Shown: in pieces, positions 13,383 through 27,789 of the stretch | How positions within the stretch are numbered: position 1 is the first letter of the stretch | Layout: each line of letters begins with the position of its first letter | DNA from: Syncephalis fuscata S228 | Taxonomy: Eukaryota > Fungi > Zoopagomycota | DNA length: 64,000 bases | Assembly: GCA_025786725.1 (NCBI GenBank) | Contig: JAHLTZ010000002.1 | Span: 744,001-808,000 of the forward strand | Reading direction: 5' to 3' | Made by a program: the position numbers and the translations under genes | Notes under the pieces: model-generated | What the model was told of the DNA's origin: nothing | The model's input: the letters and a program-made list of their open reading frames with translations, nothing else | Database searches by the model: none

Positions 13383-15223
13383 ATGATATCAAGACAAGCA
13401 CAACAATTAGCAATTGTTACGTTATTGCTATTTTGTTCAACACAACGTTTTGCTGTAGACAGTGTCAAAACACATGAAGAAGACTTTTACACAGTACCTA
13501 AATCCACTCGTCCCTATATTAGCTCTAGAATCACTGGCAAGCCATTTTATGCAACGCCTTATTATGTGCCCACCGGCGTTAAAGCATTTCACGACATGGG
13601 TGTCAAAGGAAGAGGCATAAAACTTGGAATCATCGATAGTGGAACTACTCATAACATCGCTGCATTTAAGAGAAAGCATGGCTACAGACGCAACATCGTG
13701 CCTTTTGACTACAGCCAAGTTGAACATTCGTTCGAATGTAATAATCGTGGCATAAATTTGGCAGGGATTGCCATTGCAAACTCTACTTATTTTACTGGAG
13801 TTGCTCCTGAGGCAACACTTGGCTCCTATCGCGTGTTTGGTTGCAAAGGTCCAACCTCAACCTCATTGGTGTTGCAAGCTATAATAGCAGCGATCAATGA
13901 TGAAATGAAAATTATTGTATTGCCGGAAATTGCCGTCGTAGATGAAGACAGCATCAAACTGAGGCAGGCAATAGAAAATGCTGTAAAACAAGGCGTAATT
14001 ATGATTGTTGCAGCAACAGCTAATAATTTTGCAAATCAGCAATATTTTTCATACCAGGGTCTTTCTGTATTAAGCGTTGGTGGGGCTAGACAAGATTATC
14101 GTCTATCGCATTGGTTTGAGGAAAAAACAACCGGACGTCGTATTGAGTTTATGTCTTCATGTTCAGATATGGAATATGATTTTAAAAAAGAAATGAATAT
14201 TATTCCCAATTATCTTATAGGCAGCTTGAACGAGCATCTTAATGGATTTAAAAGAGATGGCATTGTACTTGTTTGGTATGATAAGACAAAAATAGAGCAA
14301 GTGCTAAAGCATGCTAAAGCAGTAAAAATGACAGCAATCATTATCGTAAATGGTCCTCCTAAACTGAGAATGAAATGTGATATACCTTTATTCAATATTA
14401 GTGAAGAAAATGCTTTATTTATAGTAGAAGGTTACAAGCATAGACGTGGATACAAATATGTTTTTGAAGAAAAGTATGGCTACATTAAGAATGGCGATGT
14501 TACCATTGATACGGTTGGACGGAAAAACGGACCATTCATACCGCCTTTTTATCCTGACATCTTGGCGCCAAGTCACAAAATATTCACTACTACCATTCGT
14601 AAAACAATGAGCAATCCTTATTTCAGCGATATATCGGCTGCTGTTGCCTATGTTGCCGGTGCAGCTGCATTAATAGTCCAGATTAGTGAAAAAGAACGGA
14701 TTGATACTGAATATATCAAAACTATATTACAAAACAGTGCAGCTCCAGTTAAAGAGAGTAATTTAGATTACTACGCTTCTGTCATACACCAAGGTGCTGG
14801 CATGATTAATCTTAACAAATTGATAGATGTTGCAAATATCCTTGTTGCCCCATCGTCAATTAATATGGGAGATACGTATGCCAACATAGTGAATGTACCA
14901 ATTAAAATTTCACCTCTATCATCAACATTATTGTCGTATAACCTTTCACATATTCCAATTGCTGCAGTTCCAAAAGTATCATATTTTATCGATATGTCAT
15001 TGAGGCCACCTGTGATTGCAGATGTTTCCTTCCAAAATCAATTAATTTACTTCCAAATCAAATAAGCGAGGTTATTGTAACAATTATTCCTCCGACAAAT
15101 ATACTGCAAAATGAGATATGGTCATATTCCGGGTATATTGTAATTGATCCTAATCCAGGAGTCAATGGATCACCATCGAGGCAAGCTGTTTATGTTCCGT
15201 ATCAAGGAACAGTTAAAGGCTAA
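13383..15223 (+). CDS. Secreted subtilisin-like (S8) protein with PA-like insert and C-terminal Fn3-like domain; degenerate catalytic site; apparent frameshift near 15058
   Basis: Signal peptide-like N-terminus, GIKLGIIDSG, FTGVAPEATLGSYRVFGC, PDILAP, YVAGAAAL, LQNSA and HQGAGMIN. The shifted frame continues ISEVIVTIIPP...WSYSGYIVI...VPYQG to TAA at 15221-15223. No introns seen. Confidence 0.85.
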
Positions 15224-16059
15224 GCAAACTAGATATAGATTTGCCTATCATTATTTTACTATTTCATTAGCATTATTGCTTTTACAAATAAATTAGCTAA
15301 TAAATTATTTTACAACTTAGTAGTTATTTAATGTAATTCAATGGTTTAATACTTGTATTTTTATAAGTTATTTTGCTTATACACGCACTATAAGTTCAGC
15401 AACATTATTCATACATTGTATTTGTCAAATCATTACTTATATATTATTAATTATGTTTTGTTACTAATTATTTTATTTGTATACTTAATTCGTTTAATTG
15501 AATAAGTAATTGCGCGCTATAATTGCATAGTCAATATTCACTGTCTATGTTCTTTGAATTTATATAATTTTATGTTATTAAATCATTTTTTAATAATAGT
15601 TTATGTCGTCGCCATATTCAATAATTAAATAATTGTAAATAATAATTAATTCAAAATGTAACATGTACAATGTTATAAAAGCTGTACAGGTATGCTGTCG
15701 CTATGTTTTAATATTGTGACGATTACGAGGGATTTTGTAATGAAACATGTCTGACATATATATACATAGTTTACCATTACATTATTAGCCTTTATAATAA
15801 GCGTCAATTAATGCAATATTCAATAAACGATATGTTTTCCTGTCCAGAATTCATCCCCGCCTTATTTCGTAAAAAAACCTTTATTAAATATCACCCGTAT
15901 TAACTAAACACCAATTACAGCAGATATTTACAATATAATAATTGTACACTTTCATAACACAATCAACATTATTTAATTTTAAATTTTATTCCTTATTTTA
16001 CATTAACACGCATGTTTAAGTAACCTTTATGGTCTTTTTGTATCTACTGGCTACATCTA

Positions 16060-17103
16060 GGATCGATTCAAACAGATGGTGCTGGTGTCTCTATATTGAT
16101 GCAGAACAATGGCACCAAAACGGATTCAAATCTGGCTATAATTCAAAAGAAATTCAAAAAAGACAGATATGATATTTGTTTTAATACATTAACGACATTG
16201 ACAAAAATAATCTAAAATCAACTGCTAGCAAGTGTTTATTAATTGATACCGGAAGAAAATACTTGATGTATTGTGTGCACGAATCCAGCATCATTCAAGA
16301 GCCAATAACCTACAGATATACTTCAAATCAAAGACATTTTGATACCGAGACAAGAAGCATCGCAGAATCAGATTGAAATTGAAGGTAAAGTATCCCAATG
16401 TTCAAAGAAAAAAATATTATTGTTTTAATGTCAAACCAGATTTGCTAATTTATCTAATTTTAAAAAATATCTCGCCGTTTGTGCTGTTGCCTGCCAATAT
16501 CTTGCACCATATTACGCTTATCAAACAAATATAGATCCTATCAAACAAACTGGCTGCTTAGAAAACTAAAGCTATTTTTGTACATTAGGCAACAGCAAGC
16601 GGACCAAAAGCTCATCAGTAAGATTAAATCCAAGTTTGGCAGTGATGCTACTTTGATATTTGGTAACTGGCCTGCAAGTCATGTAAAGTTTCAAGAACCT
16701 ATTTGAGGTGCTGGCTTGAAGCATACGCTTTAAAATAGTTGTTCAATATGCTTTTAATTGATGAGTATAACAGCTCTAAAACCTGTCCCATTGGTCAAGC
16801 TCAAAGTTTAGAAATATTCAAAATAATTGATAATCCACTTCCGTATTAATATAGAAATTATGCAAAGTAAAGTACATAGACTTCTAAGGTGCTATAATTT
16901 ATAGATTGAATACAAAATAAATACTTTATTCTAACATCTAGATTGCTTGTACGTGCGCAAACTAACATTGTAAGAAAGCTCATAAAACTTTTACGGGTGC
17001 AAGATTGTGGAATTGTGACTTGGCTGATGCTTTGAATTTCAAACATATTCTTGATAGTCTACAATTGAGCGGCATTATACCGGATTGGTTTGAAAGAAGC
17101 TAA
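16060..17103 (+). pseudogene. Fanzor1 (TnpB-like RuvC) pseudogene, family 1
   Basis: In order: GSIQTDGAGVSI (16060); RuvC-I KCLLIDTGRKYLMYCVHE (~16230-16283); YRYTSNQR; RKLKLFLYIRQQQADQKL..KFGSDATLIFGNWPA..KFQEPI; RuvC-II LIDEYNSSKTCP (16754-16789); CANxHC; RuvC-III RLWNCDLADALNFKHIL (17002-17052); GIIPDWFERS*. Contains stops and frameshifts. Confidence 0.88.
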
Positions 17104-17292
17104 TATTCCTTGGAGTTTATCGACTTTAAATAATATGTAATTATTATAATCATTTTTTTAATTGATATTTAAATCATATAAGCTTTTTAATGAATTATTA
17201 TAAACAGTAAATTGTATAATACCGTTAAATAACACAACATTTACATCGATGCAATAAGAATAAAGATAATAAGACAATAGTTGAATAAACTA

Positions 17293-20023
17293 ATAAGTTT
17301 TTTATTTATAAAACGCAGACTTCATAGCGCTATCTTTAATATTAATTGGCTAATCATACCATTTGATGCTTTGTATTCAGAAGGTATCCATGTTCTAGCA
17401 TTCTTTGCAGCTGGTAAATGTGGTACCTCGATAAAGTTTAAATACTCATCTTCAGTGTCGTCTACAGCTTGTTTACTATTAATACACGCTGTTGGTTTGT
17501 AAATACGGCCAGTATGCATATCAATGAACCAATTTTCTTCATGGCGGCAACTAAAAATGCATAAAGATCCAATAAAAGAAGTAAGCTTAGAGCAGGAGGG
17601 ACAAGCAATTGAACGCAGTAAAATTCCATATCTGGCATCCAGTACATCCAGTGTTTTACTGTTGTAGACGACAACCAGCTTTTCACTGTATAAGCCTGCA
17701 ATATCACTGTCAAATATCGGTCGACTCCATAAAATATATCCTTGGTCGGAACCATCAATTGGCAATACTTGGCCGTAATCTCTGTCGTCGAACAATGGTT
17801 GCGGCGAGGTATTTGATGAAGCCTTTTCAAATACAAAAAATAAGAGTAAAGCATTAAGCATTTCTTCTTTGCTGTCCTTCTTATTATCGGGTTCATGATA
17901 TAGACTGATTAGGCACATCCTTTCAGTATATGTTTTAAGCTCGATTTCAGCATCTGGCCAATATGAAATGGTGATCTGACTCGATAATATCTTCTTACTC
18001 TTAGCCTCGCCCTTTTGAGCGTCGAACAATTTCCATTGAATATCTGATGATTGTTCATTACTATCAACAGTTTGTGAATCTTGAGTAGCAATAAAGGTAG
18101 AAGCAAGGTCGAATTCTCCAATGTCATGAATTATTGTAAATGTTAAAAACTGGCATTGGTCTTCAGAAGCAAACTGAATACAAGCAAATGCACTGTAATC
18201 GTCGATTTTAGACCCTTTATCCATTGATTTGCATCTAAATTAAATAAATCAAGTCAAGTATATGGATATTGTGTATGGATAGTCTCCAAAAGTATCCATC
18301 CATTATAAACCTCGAATAAATATGAGCACTTTTCTATTCTCTTGTTTTGATAGCCATGCCCAAGATAAATAATATTAGACGATGAGTTTCCAGCATTAGG
18401 CCATACCAGAATGGCATTTCGTCGGTCTTTTTCTTGTTTATCTGAAGGCGTGCTATTTAGGATGTGTCAAAAGCTTTAACTTTAGTTTCTCTAATATACT
18501 GTGCTTCTAATTCATCCATATTCACTATTTTAATGCATTAATAAATATATAACATAGTAACTAGCGTTGTTAATGATTAGCTACCTATTGGATCTCAGGA
18601 GCTATGGTCTTTACGTCATTATACGTCATTAAAACAACAGTAGCCACAGCAAATCGGCGTATTCCATAACCATATAGAATGTTGTCTCTGCAATTAAATA
18701 AAGATGGCGGTAGAGAAATAACCAACTTTTTCCATGCCAATTCGTCACTATAATGTTTGTTTCTCTTACTAAAAACATTGTGTTGGACTGACCAAAGCCT
18801 ATCTTCTTTTCCATCCAATATCAATGCATACCAAGAATTCACGTCAAATAGTATCAGTCCAGCGTGTCCCTCAGCTGGCAATTCGTATATCTGTTTTTTT
18901 AATTGACCTTTCAAAAAACTGTGCACAATCTGTCGACGCCTCTGATAAGCATAAAACCATTGAGTGTTATCAAAATCAAAGACACATTGTAAATAGCTAG
19001 TAGACAGTGTACGCCCATTATTGTTGCTACTAATATCTGGCATGATAAATAGTAAATACCCTTTTTTGTTTGATTTATATTGGACGTAGATTCTTTTGGT
19101 TTTGGTATAGTACTGATGTACCAACTATAGCACGTAAGCCATTCTTGTTCACATCGATCACCCAATGGAAATTTGCTTTTATATTGTTTCCAATAATCAG
19201 GCCGAGCAGCTACTGTTTGGTAAATAACTCGACAGCTGGTTGCAAAAAGTACTAATTCCCGTCCATCCATAAACCGACACAGATACAGTAAAATGTCGTG
19301 ATTTTGCCATATTTGGTGATTATCAGTACCCAAAAACATGGCTTACTAGAATAGCGCACTAAGCTTGATACACAATAGATAAGAGGAACAATGGTAGACA
19401 GAAAGTCGAAAGAAAAGGCCATGAACAAATGTAGGCTGTTTATTTTAAAAACACGATGGTTATACATTCACATAGCTATTGTTATTGTTGGTCTATAAAT
19501 AAAATGTGTATTGACATCATACAAAGTCACAATGAGTTGTCTATAAACTAGATAGATTTGAATCGTTTAATAAACGACTATATAATTGTTTGGTGCCATG
19601 ATTAGTAGTATGGTGTAATAATTTGTTGTAACAGCAGTAGAAATATTATGTTTTCATTTTCATTTTTATGCTTTTATATTCACATCGTAGTAGATTATAA
19701 TGCTACAATCAAAATAGAAACAATTATAAACATTTAATATATACAAAATATGAGTTAAAAAGAATACGAGTTTTACAATTAATAAAATTATTGATCAATT
19801 ATATAGAAATATTTTGCACGATTGGAAAATAGCGCATGAATATGGTAAAAAGTAGCAGTTACAATTGTTTACTGTGGAAAGATTTAGATAATCTATAATT
19901 GCCAAATAGGGTAGTGATATACACTTTTGCTCAAAAGCTTTATTTTGTCTTAAACAAACATATAAGCATATTTGTGCATATTTTTATCACATATCAAGCA
20001 AATAATGATGCAGTAAAATAAAA
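17293..20023. repeat. ~2.7-kb segmental duplication, copy 1 (direct repeat of 34439-37169)
   Basis: Continuous near-identity with 34439-37169, including coding, intron and ~680 bp of upstream sequence. The ORF track shows matching translations. Confidence 0.95.
17322..19339 (-). pseudogene. F-box-like lineage-specific protein gene, copy 1 (frameshifted)
   Basis: N-terminus HDILLYLCRFMDGRELVLFATSCRVIY...YWKQ resembles an F-box. It is followed by WFYAYQRRRQI..F..G and a beta-rich C-terminal region. The gene is split across several frames. Confidence 0.55.
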
Positions 20024-20905
20024 ATATCACATTCAAAAGAAAATATAGTAATAAAGCTATTATATATTATTTCATAGACTATTGTATGCAGTAAACTATT
20101 GAAGATACAAACAAAGTTTTACTTAATCACTTCAAAACAATATATTTACAATTAAGACTGTAATTTACCCACGATTTTGATGGCCAGATATGTAATAAAT
20201 GTTTATTATTGACCTTGGCGTACTGGTTCATTGCTAATGAATTTCTAAAATGCTCATACAAAATATTGCCAGTTTACAGTTATTTAACAAATAAATTTAC
20301 AGCAAATATAGAATTAGAACGCTGGACAAGGCGATTATCGGCCCAAAGCGTAAATTACATGCAGTATTCAAGTACAAGATTTGCTATACAGTATAGAATT
20401 GTGATGTGATGGCTATCAGAAATACAATGTTTTTTACATAGAAATAAGACATTATGACGAATGTCTCACTAATTCAGATGTAAAAGCAATTATCCACATC
20501 TCTATGCAACTGATATCTCTTCGGAGATTAACACTTTTTTGCATTTTTATAGACTGAGCAATTTCCCTTGAATGTGTAAATACTGTCACATTAAGCATAA
20601 CGAGTTTTGCTAGGCCAAAAAGGATTAGTAAGCAATGCATTAACAGAAAAAAACACCATCATCACAATTATGAACATCACATTGCAGTGTACCTATCCAG
20701 ACAGTCTTTGATTCTCGACATTGCGGGTAAACAGCATCCGGTGGTGAGTTTTAAAAAATAAAACTTGTACCAATCAAAAAATACGCTAGTTCGCAATGCA
20801 TAGAGAAAATCTCGTGCCGGCTCGGGTTCAACTTTCAATATATTGCACATGCGTTCACATGTTTCGCCTTGTTGGCACCAATTTCTTTCTTTCTTTTTTT
20901 GCAAA

Positions 20906-22553
20906 ATGAATAGCATTAACCATGATTTATCTGGCACTTCTACACCTCTACCACCTCTGTCCCGGTTTGTTCAAATTTTTGACGACTCACTGGTAAAATC
21001 GGTGCATGAACGTCATGTGGCTGGTATTACACTAGTGTTGCCTGGAGGCAATAACGCAGAAGCACTTGCCGCTGTCAATGCGATATTAGATGCACTCGAG
21101 CCGGCTCTTCGCATCCATACAATATCGATGGTATTAATCACAGCATCCATTTTAGTAAATATTAACATTTAAATTGCTTTAATAGACATAACTAACTATT
21201 ATTTAGTGCGCTATGGGCATGATATTTTCCTCAATTGTCAATCGTCGTTGGCATAATCCAACACAACGGATTCCTATTTACTTGGCCACATTTGACGTCA
21301 TTGGTTGTGGCCTACACTTGTCAGGTTTGTTAATACGTCATTTATTATAATTCTGATCACTGTGTTGCTAATTATTTATTTATCATTGTATTTAGACCAT
21401 ATCCATACAATGCTTTCTCATCACCCATTTAGCTACGACGCATGTCGAGCTGTTGGCACAATCTACCAAGTTAGTATAAAATACATTGAAAATAGCACTA
21501 TCTAACAATTCGTATTAAACGCTATAGTTTTGGACAGGAACTCAAGTTGTAATGGTTACTTTTCTTGCCATCAATGTTGGCTTGTGTGCACGGGCGAGAA
21601 AGTCTGTAAGCTGGGGCCGATGGGACTTGTTTTTGCTGGTACCTACGTTTGTTGTATCAGCATTACTTGTCCTGCCTGGGATTATTCTTGACTCATTTGG
21701 TTCGTCCGGTTACTGGTAAGCATTTTTTGTATTAACAACCCAAGGCTAATCAACAATAAAATAGGTGCTTTATTAGAGCAGACAGCGACTACGGTTATGG
21801 TGCCAACATATTATACCGCTTAGTTGTCCCAACCATTGGTGTATTTGGCACGTGCATTGGCTACGGCCTGGCAACATATGAAGTACGCAGGGATGTACAC
21901 GATGCTCAGGAGAAAACTGCAGAAGAACCGCCTATTAATGTTGATCCTAAGACCTTAGAGCAACATTTAAACACATCCAACTGCATTGAATGCGATGCAG
22001 ATTCGACCTATGAACCGGAGAATGGCCCTACTCAATTAGAATTATATTCCAACAACATTTCATTAGCTACAAGCATACAAAATCCATCTCATGAAAGTGG
22101 TTATAATACCGTCAGGGCTAATAATCAACAGACTACTAACTCGCATAATATACAATCTATAAACCAACCCGCAGCCCAATCTTTAGCTTCTAGAAAGCTT
22201 ACTGCATGGCAAAAAGCATATTACCAGCCGCAGCGTCGTATTTGTCGACACCATCGACACGCTGCAGTTCACTATTTTACCGCATACTTATTGCTGCTAT
22301 TTCGCAATGGACACCTGTAATTATTTACACAATTTACTTGGCCACAGGATGGTCTAGTTCCAGTGTCCCGCTAGCAGCCAATTCGTTTTTCCTCTGCTCA
22401 GGTATAGCACACTATGCAGTCTATGCTTCGCTAGGACGAGGAAACTTGCTTAAATTACGAATTAATCGAATTAATGCAAACGTCGACGCTCCTGCTTCTA
22501 ATGGTGATATGAAAGAAGCAAAAGACACCGCTCATAAGTGTAAAACCACTTAG
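20906..22553 (+). CDS. 7-TM GPCR, cAMP-receptor-like/Git3-like family, multi-exon; apparent frameshift near 22288
   Basis: Spliced reading gives ITASIL/CAMGMIF..RRWHNPTQRIPIYLATFD, DHIHT..CRAVG, FGSSGYW/CFI, a long ICL3, and TM6-7 AISQWTPVII..NSFFLCSGIAHYAVY. Confidence 0.72.
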
Positions 22554-23071
22554 TTTATGAGTATTAAACATCCAGTACACTATTCTATTTTTATTTAGTT
22601 ATCTAAAAGTAAGCAACAATTATTATAATAATAAAGGAGAAAAAGATCTACTTTACATACACGCGTAAATAAGCGAGTGAGCAGTACATGTACACCGGAT
22701 CGTCAGATTGCTTGAGCTCCAAAGATCATCCGTATATCCAATGCATTAATTATCTGCTAATAATCCAATAGCTTCATTGAATGATGAGATAATATGTTGC
22801 TGCCAAATACCCCCCCTACCCCACTGGTACGCCTCCAATGTTGTTGCCAGCATAATTACAAGCATGTTGCATCAGTAAATAAACAATATTTACTATAGCC
22901 AGCCAGATACAACGACATTCCACGAAATACCATTACAATTACGCCGTCTCTACCTAAAATTGTCTTTGAATCTATCCAAATTCAATACTATTGCTATATA
23001 TTTTTTGTTTCTCCAATAATTTTTTATTTTGATTAGCATCCAGTTTTTAATTAACAGGTGCTACCATTGAC

Positions 23072-25226
23072 ATGTTACCAGCAGGCGACGACCAGGATGG
23101 CTTGCCAGTAATGGCTCAATATAATGCCACACCGTCTCTAAACAAGGCTTATCCAAACTATGGTATTCATGGTACGGCAATAGTTATTACATCAGCATCG
23201 CTATTGGTAAGATAACATTTATTATTTAAAAGTATTATTTATTAATGAAATACACTAGGCTACTTGTGGTCTTTTATTCTACATTTCCATGCGTCGACTC
23301 TACAAAACTCCATCTCAACGATTGATTCTATACCTTTCTATCATTGATATAGCCGTCAATCTCACTCATTTCATCGGTAAATATACCATAAAACGCTAAC
23401 TATTTAGTACTTATTTGGCACCATCTACCAATTCAGATCACATCTACACATTAAATCATCGCCAAATCATGCCTTTTGCATCCTGTGCAACTATCGGCGG
23501 TATATTACAGGTAAACTAAATTACTCATCAATTTATTGGATAATCACAATTCTATATAGTTCTGGATTAGTTTACAGCAGCTATTAATATTGGCCATGGC
23601 ATCAGAATTCATCCTTACCACGTATTTGGGCCGGCCCATTACATTTGGTTTTTATGATTTACACTTGTTACTACCGCTGATATTGATTGCAAGTTTAATT
23701 ACGCTAATCGGCGAACTATTCGGATTTTATGGCTCGGCCGGTGCATGGTAAATTACTTACACGCATAATTTATTGACTGGTTCAACTAATTGGTATTTAT
23801 TAGGTGCTACACTGCTACAGGCAGTTTTTATAACCAGGCTGCAAGTGGCTGGCTTCATTTTGCCATACCACTATGCACAATGCTATCGGTTACAATCAGC
23901 TATTGCTGGACAGCCCGTATTAGTCATAGCTACAGTCGTCAAAGACTTGCGCAGCACAATGATCCAAGCCATCTATTTACGGCAGCCAATACAGAACAGC
24001 AGCACAGGCCCAGCAGCACTCGTAGTAGCATTAGCAGTGCTAATGGCGTAGAATCCATACACTGTTATTTATCTGCTCAAACAATAGAACAGCGTACGGC
24101 ATCTTCAATGGCTACACCTTGGTATATTCAATTGAAACTGGCGACAGAGCAATTAATAAACTGCCCACGCACTACTCTAAAGCCACAGCCACGCAGCCAA
24201 CGCTTAAAACGAACAATATCAGTATCGCCAACGCCACCACCATCGCCGTTACCACCATCACCATCATTATCATCATCATCATCAGAACAGTTGCATTTTA
24301 AACAATCAAAAGCTATGGAAGAAGCACTTGAGCCACCTCTGCGGCCTTTGACCGCGTTTCGACATAAACGATTTTCATTTGCATCTTCTATATCTCAATC
24401 GCCAAGTATTACACAAAGCGAACAACCAGTCACTCCACCGACTACATCACCAGCACAGCCTAAACGCCTTTCTGCATTGGTTAGAGAATGGACAATGTTA
24501 TCAATACCAACAGCATCGCCATCATCACCACCCATTGGGATCACAGCTACTCCCACTGCAGCTGAGCCTACCTCCGAGGTAAAAGACGGCACTTTAGTTA
24601 ATGCCACAACAATCAGCATACTATCTAGCTGTCCTTCAAATGAAAGCATGGAGATTCTTGAAGAAATCATACTAGATCCGGATCCTGAATTACCACAGAC
24701 TCCAACAGCACCTATGCCTACTGCTGCTCCATTCGATACTGATAAAACACATGTTCATTCTTTGAGCATCAACACTTTACCAGGCAAACATAGCATGCCT
24801 CCTTCGCCAACTAAACTTACTCGAACTACTAGAATGCATCCTAACACACTTACCACAACTGTCCTTGAAAACTGGACACCTCCACTTATCAACAAATTTT
24901 ATACATGGGCATTTATTATTCCATGGACACCAATGCTCATCTATATTGCCTACTTGGTCTTTCAACATGACCATTTAACCGCCCAAATATGTGCTCTAGT
25001 ACTTTTTAACATATCTGGTTTATTACACTCCATCATGTATGGATGGTGCGAACGCCACTGCCGAATGAAAATCAACACTCCACTCTACAGTCCACCACAC
25101 ATGCTATGGCGACACGATACAGATTCCAATCGTATTGTACCAGGCTGGAAAGACGGTGCCGTCACTACTACTGCCACTACTACTACATCTGCATCTATTC
25201 GGAATACTGGCATTCATGGAAACTAA
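23072..25226 (+). CDS. 7-TM GPCR, paralog of the upstream GPCR, with long Pro/Ser/Thr-rich third intracellular loop
   Basis: RRLYKTPSQRLILYLSIID, DHIYT..CATIGG, FYGSAGAW/CY, IIPWTPMLIY and FNISGLLHSIMYG. Intron positions match those of the neighbour. Confidence 0.75.
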
Positions 25227-25285
25227 ATATATCACTATACTACTGCAATAAAATCGATTTTTAAACATAACATTTATTAAGCTTC

Positions 25286-25873
25286 CTATTTCTTTTTGCC
25301 TGGTGGTCCTAGTGGTTCCCCAATATTCTTGCCAAGCAATTTAATGCCAAGTGCACGTTGCAATTTACTTAATACTTGTTGACTAGGAATAGCTAATAAA
25401 TGCAATGACAACCAAACGTATTATTAATAAAGGCTTCTACTGGTCCCATCTTCGTAACTAGTACTTACCACGGCCAGCCTCATAGTCGTTGATAACGTTT
25501 GCCCTCTCATTAATAGTCTGGCCCAGATCCTTTTGTGTTATTCCCTTATTCTGGCGCCCTTTCTGAATGGCAAGACCAACGCTTAGACTAACAGTTTCCA
25601 CTTTGGCAATGTTCTCATCGTTGTCGATTTTAGCCAAACGCTGATGCTCATCAGATCCCTTCTTATTGGTAGCACCCGTAACTGATATAGTTGTTAGCGT
25701 CTAATCGGTACTGCATAGCAATCTACAGCTATCATGCACTTCAGCTTACATTTACGCTCGGTAGCTACAACAGCACCTGTACGGCGAGCTTGATTCAATG
25801 CGCCTGCGCCCTTCGTTGCCCGTGCAACGTCTTGACGCTTGCGCAATACTGTAACATCATCCCAGTCAGACAT
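25286..25873 (-). CDS. MBF1: Multiprotein bridging factor 1
   Basis: [52 protein letters not shown] and [12 protein letters not shown]. Two introns. Confidence 0.93.
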
Positions 25874-26181
25874 TTTAAGCAAAGATTGATAGTAGTGGTT
25901 GGATAATCAGGTAATAAAAGGAAAGAAATTAACGGAATACAATGGAAGATCAAAAATGTCGATATAAATACTATAGTCATCTGTGTCGGGGAAAGGGGTG
26001 TCAGTATGACGCAACTTGCATCCACTTTTGCGAGTTGAGTTGTAAAATAAAGATAGATTTATTCCAATACCATTGCAATAGTCAATATCAGAATGTATAA
26101 CCACCAAAAAGAATTGTTATGCTGCAGATCAGCTGCTGTGTAGAAAAAGACTACAACACACATGGGCTGCTGGTTGATTCA

Positions 26182-27789
<1,608 letters not shown>

